A stretch of DNA of 64,000 nucleotides from Candidatus Omnitrophota bacterium (lineage in GTDB: Bacteria > Omnitrophota > Gorgyraeia > Gygaellales > Profunditerraquicolaceae): NCBI GenBank assembly GCA_030650425.1, contig JAUSED010000003.1, positions 71,903 to 135,902 of the forward strand, in the 5' to 3' direction. The position numbers and the translations under genes are program-made. Numbering within the stretch: the stretch's first letter is position 1; each line of letters opens with the position of its first letter. Positions 57,348 to 64,000 of this stretch are shown here, piece after piece. Under the pieces are notes generated by a model that saw nothing but the letters and a program-made list of their open reading frames with translations, was not told the DNA's origin and ran no database searches.

Positions 57348-57809
57348 ATGAGGAAATTCGGATTTATTGTTTTAGTTTTCGCGCTTGGAATCTATCTTGT
57401 TGGATGCGGTAATAAACAGCAGACATTAGAAGAGATGCAGCAGCCGATGTCTATGGAGACGCTCTCCACCATGTCTACGACTACTCCAGCTGCTCCCGAG
57501 GTAAAAATAGAGAGCAGCGCCCCTGAAGCTAAAGTTGAGGTAGCGCCGGCAGTGAGTAAAGCGGTAAAATTAGAGTCATTACCTCCGGCTGGCCCTTATA
57601 AACCCGCAGCCACAGAAATCCAGAGAGCGCTTAAAAACGCTGGGTTCTATACCGGAGCAATAGACGGTAAGATCGGAGCCAAGACTAAGAAGGCAATCGC
57701 AGCCTTCCAGAAGGCAAACGGCCTGACCGGAGACGGTAAAGTCGGACCAAAAACTTGGGGGGCGTTAAGCAAATATCTTAATCCAGAAGCAGCGCCTAAG
57801 GCCAGATAA
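57348..57809 (+). CDS. Lipoprotein with peptidoglycan-binding (PG_binding_1) domain
   Basis: Lipobox 'LVGCG'; 'IDGKIGAKTKKAIAAFQKANGLTGDGKVGPKTW'. Confidence 0.65.
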   Translation: MRKFGFIVLVFALGIYLVGCGNKQQTLEEMQQPMSMETLSTMSTTTPAAPEVKIESSAPEAKVEVAPAVSKAVKLESLPPAGPYKPAATEIQRALKNAGFYTGAIDGKIGAKTKKAIAAFQKANGLTGDGKVGPKTWGALSKYLNPEAAPKAR

Positions 57810-57839
57810 ATTTATCTTCACAGTCTTAAATAGAATAAA

Positions 57840-57886
57840 GGGACCGTTTCCCTGAAGGGAAACGGTCCCTTGTTTGTTTTATTTTT
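57840..57886 (+). terminator. Intrinsic terminator gggaccgtttccc-tgaa-gggaaacggtccc + T-rich tail
   Basis: 13-bp perfect stem read directly. Confidence 0.7.
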
Positions 57887-57898
57887 GATGTTATAATA

Positions 57899-59083
57899 GT
57901 GGCAATGATTGAATTTCCTAAAGATTTTTTCTGGGGCGCGGCTACTTCCGCTTATCAGGTTGAAGGAGATAACCTGTCCAGCGACTGGTGGGAGTGGGAG
58001 AAGCGTGTTAATGTTAAAGAGCCTTCCGGGAAAGCAGCCCGCCACTACGAGTTTTACGCCCAGGATTTTGACCTGGCCAAAGAGTTAAACCAGAATTGCC
58101 ACCGCTTATCCATCGAATGGGCGCGCATTGAACCCGAAGAAGGAAAATTCTCGACAAGAGAATTGGAGCATTATCAGCAGGTAATTTTAAGCCTGAAAGA
58201 GCGCTCGCTTATCCCGATCGTTACCCTGCATCATTTTACCAACCCTCTCTGGTTTGCCAAGTTAGGCGGCTGGCGCAATAAGCAGGCAGGTAGTTATTTC
58301 TTGCGTTATGTTGAAAAGGTGGTGAGCGAATTAGCCGGGGATGTACCTTTTTGGGTGACTATTAATGAGCCGATGGTCTATACCTATTTTTCTTATCTTT
58401 TAGGTACTTGGCCGCCGCAGGATAAATCGCTTTTACATTCCCGCCAGGTGACTAACAACCTAGTTAATGCCCACATCAAGGCCTACCATTTAATCCGCGC
58501 TATCTACAAAAAACATAATTTAACGTATCCCAAAATCAGCATTGCCCAGAATATGCAGGCGTTTGTCCCGTGTCCGCCCAGTTTAAAGAACAAACTCGCC
58601 GCTTACTTGAGGCATAAATTTTATAATCTTGAATTCATCGAGCGGTTAATAGCCAAGTCTACGCTTGATTTTATCGGGATGAATTATTATAGCCCAAGCT
58701 GGGTGGGAAGAGGCGAACACCTGCCCTTAAAGAAAAATACAATGGGCTGGGATATCTATCCTCAAGGCCTCTATGATTTATTGGTTAGCCTTAAAATTTA
58801 TAAGCTGCCTCTATTTATCCTAGAGAACGGTATTTGCGCTGATAACGATGCTTTAAGGTGGGATTATATCCGTGAACATCTTGAAAGCGTGAGTAAGGCT
58901 ATGCTGCACGGAGCAAAGATAATGGGTTACATCTATTGGTCTTTGCTTGATAATTATGAATGGGATAAAGGGTTTGGCCCGCGTTTTGGCTTGATCGAAG
59001 TGGATTATCATAGTTATAAGCGTTACGTAAGAGAGAGCAGCCGTAAATTCGCCGAGGTCTGTAAAACCGGAAGATTATCATGA
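57899..59083 (+). CDS. Glycoside hydrolase family 1 beta-glucosidase (short)
   Basis: 'FFWGAATSAYQVEG', 'TINEP', 'ILENG'. Confidence 0.8.
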   Translation: MAMIEFPKDFFWGAATSAYQVEGDNLSSDWWEWEKRVNVKEPSGKAARHYEFYAQDFDLAKELNQNCHRLSIEWARIEPEEGKFSTRELEHYQQVILSLKERSLIPIVTLHHFTNPLWFAKLGGWRNKQAGSYFLRYVEKVVSELAGDVPFWVTINEPMVYTYFSYLLGTWPPQDKSLLHSRQVTNNLVNAHIKAYHLIRAIYKKHNLTYPKISIAQNMQAFVPCPPSLKNKLAAYLRHKFYNLEFIERLIAKSTLDFIGMNYYSPSWVGRGEHLPLKKNTMGWDIYPQGLYDLLVSLKIYKLPLFILENGICADNDALRWDYIREHLESVSKAMLHGAKIMGYIYWSLLDNYEWDKGFGPRFGLIEVDYHSYKRYVRESSRKFAEVCKTGRLS

Positions 59084-61098
59084 TTGACGCGCTTGAAAAA
59101 GATCTGATTATCCGGGAATTTCCTCTATTCGCGGATTTATCAGCCAGAGAACGCAAGATTATTAATGAGCATTCCAGTATTATTTCTTTTAAGAAGGGCG
59201 AGATTATCTATAGGGAGGCTTCTACCCCAAGCGGTTTTTACTGCCTGGTTATAGGCAGGGTGATGATTTATGTTCAGGATAATCAGGGTACTCAAAAGAT
59301 CCTCGAATATTTACACCGCGGAAAATATTTCGGGATCATTTCTTTGCTTACCAACGAACATCATTCGGTTACCGCTCAGGCAACTAATGATTGTGTGATT
59401 CTGGTAGTAAATAGAGAAGACTTTGATTTAGTACTCAATAAAATTCCGCGCCTGGCGATTGATTTAAGCCGGACCCTTTCGCGAAGGTTAAGGCATAAGG
59501 ATGCGCATCAAAAAACCATCTTTGAAAGCACGGTTGTTTCAGTATTCAGTTCGTATTCTCAGGCCGGAAAAACGATCTATGCCTTAAATTTAAGCTTAAG
59601 TTTAAAGAAAGAGACGCGTAAGTCCGTCATTATTCTGGATATCCTTTCAACCGACAAAACCCATACCCTTCCCGCCAGGCTTGAGTTGGAAACGGGGAAA
59701 ATATTTGATCTTTCCAAAAGCTCAGCGGATAACGCCAAGTCAGCCAAGGATTTTATACTCAAAAGCAATTTCGGCATAGATTTACTCTGTTTTCATTACA
59801 GCCCGGAGGATAACCTATGCGTAAGCAGGTTATTAGGGATTTTAAGCTGGCTGGTCAATGATTATCACTTCATTATTTTGGATTTACCATCCATCTTGGA
59901 CAAAAATATTTTCAGTATCCTTAATCAATCTGATTTTATTCATTTACTAAGCGGCCCCGGAGAAGAAGAGCTCAAGAAGACGCATATTTTGACGCAAGGG
60001 TTAAAGGATGAATTTAATTTTCAGGAAGAAAAGATCAAAATCATCATCAATGAGTATAAACTTTCCAAGATTACCCCTGTAGAGCAGGCGCGGATTTTAG
60101 ACAGGAATGTTTTTGCTACCTTGCCTAGAATCGAACCCGGCATACCTGACAGGCTGATTTTGGATAATCCGGAGAGCGAGTATGCTAAGGCAATCAGGCG
60201 TATCTCCCGTTACGTAGGTGAAAGTATGGTGGGTTTGGTTTTGGGTGTCGGCGTAGGCTATGGCTTTTGTCACGTAGGAGTATTGAAGGTGATTGAGGAG
60301 GAAAGAATACCGATAGATATTATTGCCGGTTCCAGTATCGGCGCGCTGATTGCCAGCCTCTGGGCAATCGGTAAGTCGAGCTCAGAGATATTGGAGATTA
60401 CCAAAGATTTTAAAGAGCCCAAACACATCTGGGGTTTAATCGACTTGACTTTTCCGCATTTAGGGTTTATTAAGGGGAATAAACTATATAAATTTTTGAG
60501 TAAACATTTAGGAGAAAAGACGTTTTATGATACCCGGCTCCCCTTAAAGATTATTGCCAGCGACGTAAAAAGAAAAGAGCCGCGCGTCTTGGATCAAGGC
60601 CTGCTGGTAGACGCGATTATGGCCAGCTGCGCTATGCCGGGGGTATTCGCGCCTTTTAAATTTAGGGAAGATCTGCTTTTTGACGGAGGGGTGATTAATC
60701 CTCTACCCACGGAGCCGCTCTTTAAAATGGGGGTAAAAAAGATTATCGCGGTCAATGTCACGCCTTCGCGGCAGGACATCTTAAATCAGTATGAAAAGAT
60801 TAAGCAAGGGCTTAAAACCAATATCTCCGAGGTAATAAAGAAGAGGGCTTGGTTTGACTTCGGCAGGTATCTTAGGGATGCCTTTAAAACAAATATACTT
60901 GACATTATCTTTAGTAGTGTTGAAATATTACAGTCTGAGGTAGCCCAGAAAGAGGAGCTTTTAGCGGATGTGGTCCTGCATCCGGATACCTCTGGCTTAT
61001 ATTGGCTTGAGCTGCATAAGGCGGCTGAATTTGCCAAAAGAGGCGAGATTGAGGCACGCAAGAATTTGGATAAAATAAAACAGCTTATTAATGAATGA
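59080..61098 (+). CDS. Cyclic nucleotide-binding domain protein fused to patatin-like phospholipase
   Basis: cNMP-binding domain at the N-terminus; 'GVGVGYGFCHVG', 'GSSIG', 'DGGVINPLP' patatin motifs. Confidence 0.8.
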   Translation: MIDALEKDLIIREFPLFADLSARERKIINEHSSIISFKKGEIIYREASTPSGFYCLVIGRVMIYVQDNQGTQKILEYLHRGKYFGIISLLTNEHHSVTAQATNDCVILVVNREDFDLVLNKIPRLAIDLSRTLSRRLRHKDAHQKTIFESTVVSVFSSYSQAGKTIYALNLSLSLKKETRKSVIILDILSTDKTHTLPARLELETGKIFDLSKSSADNAKSAKDFILKSNFGIDLLCFHYSPEDNLCVSRLLGILSWLVNDYHFIILDLPSILDKNIFSILNQSDFIHLLSGPGEEELKKTHILTQGLKDEFNFQEEKIKIIINEYKLSKITPVEQARILDRNVFATLPRIEPGIPDRLILDNPESEYAKAIRRISRYVGESMVGLVLGVGVGYGFCHVGVLKVIEEERIPIDIIAGSSIGALIASLWAIGKSSSEILEITKDFKEPKHIWGLIDLTFPHLGFIKGNKLYKFLSKHLGEKTFYDTRLPLKIIASDVKRKEPRVLDQGLLVDAIMASCAMPGVFAPFKFREDLLFDGGVINPLPTEPLFKMGVKKIIAVNVTPSRQDILNQYEKIKQGLKTNISEVIKKRAWFDFGRYLRDAFKTNILDIIFSSVEILQSEVAQKEELLADVVLHPDTSGLYWLELHKAAEFAKRGEIEARKNLDKIKQLINE

Positions 61099-61149
61099 CA
61101 CCCGGCCTTATCAGATTAGGCCGGTGCGCATTTACTGTGCAAGGAGGGG

Positions 61150-61599
61150 ATGATGTACATGCTGTATACTTTTTTATTTCTCACTATTCTTCTTTCGGGT
61201 TGCGCCCAAACCAAAGAAGTTTGTAAGGGGGTGCTTGGGGTTTCTACCGAGGTCCTTGAGGACGGCCGTAAAGAGGCGATCAAAAAAGAATTTAACTATG
61301 ACTTAATCACCTGCCATAATAAAATAAGGTCAATATTAAAAATCGCCGGTTCTTATATCTACTGCGATGATTTGCAAAAAGACATACTCGCATTGTATAT
61401 TTCCGGTGAAGATACGACTCCGGTAGGGATATTTTTGACAGAGACAGGTAAAGAGAAAACGCTTGTAGAAGTTTCCAGCCCCAGTATTTACGGCAAAGAG
61501 TCAATCTCTAAGCTGGTTTTTGAAGGTTTGGCCGGAAACCTGGATCCTGCGTTAAAGAAAGGACTAACTGATGCGGATAAAGCCAAAAAAGAGTATTAA
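61150..61599 (+). CDS. Hypothetical lipoprotein
   Basis: 'LLSGCAQT' lipobox. Confidence 0.45.
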   Translation: MMYMLYTFLFLTILLSGCAQTKEVCKGVLGVSTEVLEDGRKEAIKKEFNYDLITCHNKIRSILKIAGSYIYCDDLQKDILALYISGEDTTPVGIFLTETGKEKTLVEVSSPSIYGKESISKLVFEGLAGNLDPALKKGLTDADKAKKEY

Positions 61600-61882
61600 T
61601 AATTTTATCCGGGAGTGCCACAAGGTAGCCAAATCTAAGGGCTGGTGGCTGGATATCCGTAATGATGGAGAGTTGATTGCCCTGATGCACTCGGAATTAT
61701 CTGAGGCGCTGGAAGCAATGCGTAAGGGCGGTAAGAAGGAAGAGCTGGCTGAAGAACTAGCGGATTGTTGTATCCGTATCTTTGATTATTGCGGGGCAAG
61801 AAAAATAGATTTGGAAAAGGCGCTGGTCAAAAAAATAGAATACAATAAGGGCCGGCCCTACAGGCATGGAAAAAAGTTTTAA
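61571..61882 (+). CDS. MazG-like nucleotide pyrophosphohydrolase domain protein (start uncertain)
   Basis: 'HSELSEALEA...EELADCCIRIFD' E-E-x-x-E/D pattern. Confidence 0.5.
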   Translation: MRIKPKKSINNFIRECHKVAKSKGWWLDIRNDGELIALMHSELSEALEAMRKGGKKEELAEELADCCIRIFDYCGARKIDLEKALVKKIEYNKGRPYRHGKKF

Positions 61883-62324
61883 ATTAGATCTATCCGGTAA
61901 AGTCGTCATCTTGGGTATCGGAAATACCTTGCGCAGCGACGATGGAGTAGGCTCGATCTTAGTAACGCGGATCCAGGGTAAGGTGCCGTATATTGTCTAT
62001 GATGGAAGCTTGAGCCCGGAAAATTACTTAGGGAAGATCATTAAAGACAAACCCGATATTATTTTACTGATCGATGCCGTTGATTTCTCCGGCCAAGCAG
62101 GAGAATTCAGGGTATTCGAAGGAGAAGATATTCAGACGGTAAATTTTTTCTCTACTCATGATGCCTCGATTAGTTTAGCGATCAGTTATTTAAAAAATAG
62201 TTTAAAAGCAGTAGATATCATGATTCTGGCTATACAACCAAAGATATTAGCCTTTGGCGATCAATTAAGTCCGGAGATAGCGAAAACATTGGAAAAATTG
62301 GAAGGGTGGTTTGTGAATGGCTAA
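61866..62324 (+). CDS. Hydrogenase maturation endopeptidase (HycI/HybD family)
   Basis: 'ILGIGNTLRSDDGVG' and 'STHDAS' motifs. Confidence 0.8.
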   Translation: MEKSFKLDLSGKVVILGIGNTLRSDDGVGSILVTRIQGKVPYIVYDGSLSPENYLGKIIKDKPDIILLIDAVDFSGQAGEFRVFEGEDIQTVNFFSTHDASISLAISYLKNSLKAVDIMILAIQPKILAFGDQLSPEIAKTLEKLEGWFVNG

Positions 62325-63879
62325 AACTCGGGATAGCTGGGGTTCGCGCCTGGGAATTATCATGGCGGTTGCCGGTTCAGCCATAGGTTTGGGAAATTTC
62401 TTAAGATTTCCAGCCAAGGCAGCCTCAAACGGCGGCGGCGCTTTTATGATCCCTTATTTTATCTCTTTGTTTTTATTAGGCATACCGCTGATGTGGATTG
62501 AATGGACCTTGGGCCGTTACGGCGGAGGCTTTGAGCATGGGACTGCGCCGGGAATATTTCACAGCGTTTGGCGGAAGAATCGGTTCATCAAATATTTTGG
62601 GGTAATCGGTATCTTTGGGCCGCTGGTTATCTTTATCTATTATACTTATATTGGATGCTGGACACTGGCCTATAGTTTCTTCGCGCTCTCCGGTAAGTAT
62701 CATGCAATTACCGGCCAAGCTGATATGCAGGCTTTCTTAAGAGGATTCCAGGGCCTCGAACATAACACATATTTTCAAGGTATAGGCCCGGCATATTTAT
62801 TTTTCTTAGTTACCTTTATAATTAATATCTGGGTGATTTATTTTGGGATTCGCGGCGGAATTGAAAAAATATGCAAATGGGCTTTGGGCCTGCTTTTTAT
62901 TTTTGGTTTTCTGCTGATGGCGCGCGTATTGACGCTCGGCGCGCCTAATCAGCTTAATCCCGGATGGAATGTGGCGAGCGGGATGGGTTTTCTTTGGAAC
63001 CCGGATTTTAGCGCCTTAAAATCCGCCAAGGTTTGGCTGGAGGCAGCCGGCCAGATATTCTTTACTTTAAGCGTAGGGATCGGCGTAATCCTGACCTATG
63101 CCAGTTACCTTAAAAAAGGGGATGATGTGGTTCTTTCCGGCCTGACCGCCTCCACGATGAATACATTCGCGGAAGTTATCCTCGGCGGAAGTATTGTGAT
63201 TACCGCGGCGTTTGTATTTTTCGGGCCAAGCCAAATCGGGGACATTGCCCGTTCAGGAGTTTTTAATCTTGGTTTTGTGACTATGCCGCTCGTCCTTAAT
63301 CAGCTTCCTTTATCGGAGTTGTTGGGATTTTGCTGGTTTTTTCTTTTGTTTCTGGCGGGGGTTACCTCGTCGATCTCTCTGGCGCAGCCTGCCATAGCCT
63401 TTCTGGAAGATGAATTCCAGATCAGCAGGAAGAAGGCAGTCACTATATTCGGATGCGTTGCATTCTTACTTTGCCAGCCGGCGATTTTCTTTTTAGGCCG
63501 GGGCGTGGTCGATGAACTGGATTTTTGGGGCGGGACATTCTTTTTGGTGGTTTTTGCCGCGATAGAAGTCATACTTTTTGTGTGGGTCTTTGGGATGGAA
63601 GCTGCTTGGGATGAGATACATAAGGGCGCGGATATGCGGGTGCCTAAAATCTATAAATTTATCATTAGATATATTACCCCGGCCTTTCTATTTATTATTC
63701 TTGGAATGTGGTTCGCGCAGGAGTGGCTGTCAATTATCTTGATGAAGAATGTTTCATCGGATAACCGGCCGTTTATATTGGCGACCCGGCTAGGTTTATT
63801 GGCGCTCTTTCTGACTTTGGGGGTTTTAGTTAAAATTGCCTGGAGAAAGAAGGCTAGACAGGCGCAAAGGATAGAATGA
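62317..63879 (+). CDS. Sodium-dependent transporter, NSS (SNF) family
   Basis: 'GSRLGIIMAVAGSAIGLGNFLRFP' NSS TM1 signature. Confidence 0.85.
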   Translation: MAKTRDSWGSRLGIIMAVAGSAIGLGNFLRFPAKAASNGGGAFMIPYFISLFLLGIPLMWIEWTLGRYGGGFEHGTAPGIFHSVWRKNRFIKYFGVIGIFGPLVIFIYYTYIGCWTLAYSFFALSGKYHAITGQADMQAFLRGFQGLEHNTYFQGIGPAYLFFLVTFIINIWVIYFGIRGGIEKICKWALGLLFIFGFLLMARVLTLGAPNQLNPGWNVASGMGFLWNPDFSALKSAKVWLEAAGQIFFTLSVGIGVILTYASYLKKGDDVVLSGLTASTMNTFAEVILGGSIVITAAFVFFGPSQIGDIARSGVFNLGFVTMPLVLNQLPLSELLGFCWFFLLFLAGVTSSISLAQPAIAFLEDEFQISRKKAVTIFGCVAFLLCQPAIFFLGRGVVDELDFWGGTFFLVVFAAIEVILFVWVFGMEAAWDEIHKGADMRVPKIYKFIIRYITPAFLFIILGMWFAQEWLSIILMKNVSSDNRPFILATRLGLLALFLTLGVLVKIAWRKKARQAQRIE

Positions 63880-63980
63880 GTATAGCTGGCTGGCTATTTT
63901 TGATTATTTCCTGGGGTGGTATTATCGGCCTTTCCGTATTTTGTTTTGTCCGGATATTTTCCAAGAAAAAGCTTAAGTAA
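63876..63980 (+). CDS. 34-aa single-TM partner protein of the NSS transporter (MetS/YhdT-like)
   Basis: ATGA overlap with the NSS stop; MSIAGWLFLIISWGGIIGLSVFCFVRIFSKKKLK. Confidence 0.4.
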   Translation: MSIAGWLFLIISWGGIIGLSVFCFVRIFSKKKLK

Positions 63981-64000
63981 GCTAATCCGGATCTTATTGA

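Noticed and set aside
1-64000. tRNA/rRNA genes
   Set aside because: No cloverleaf-like or rRNA-like conserved segments were spotted in the intergenic regions. A tRNAscan/Infernal run would be needed for certainty.

Overview
This is a 64 kb bacterial chromosomal window, apparently from an uncultivated Gram-negative anaerobe (it carries lnt, an lpxL-family gene, an outer-membrane barrel and a CsgG-like lipoprotein). Genes are densely packed and almost all on the + strand. Housekeeping genes include pilT (5'-truncated), prfB with its canonical programmed +1 frameshift, secA, lnt, mnmA, nadA, rluA, birA, nifS and cspA. The accessory content falls into six groups. (1) A six-gene complex-I/hydrogenase-like cluster at 36240-43130 whose large subunit lacks all four [NiFe]-ligating cysteines. 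This is an Ehr-type 'energy-converting hydrogenase related' complex, and it sits 4.5 kb upstream of a bona fide Ech-type group-4 [NiFe] hydrogenase cluster (49676-56082). That cluster has intact motifs, a HydB/HydG-like NAD(P)H module directly upstream, an embedded PhoU-like gene and a triple-palindrome operator. (2) An O2/NO detoxification island at 21438-32575: an Rrf2 regulator with a palindromic operator, hcp, rubredoxin, a Tpx-PCD fusion, an FNR-like reductase, a flavodiiron protein, rubrerythrin-like proteins, Grx/TrxR, then Nfu, a LarE-like protein and NifS. (3) A putative modification cluster: ThiI-like PP-loop ATPase, AmmeMemoRadiSam radical SAM, HAD hydrolase, class III aminotransferase and arginase-like protein, next to DegT and ArnE/F-like genes. 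(4) A family of nested-palindrome intergenic repeats with three copies at 6.5-11.8 kb. Their terminal inverted repeats match this genome's terminator hairpins. (5) A Fic / small protein / retropepsin-like module with its own palindromic operator. (6) Several strongly SD-preceded micro-ORFs and candidate leader or sRNA regions. No rRNA, tRNA or CRISPR array was seen.
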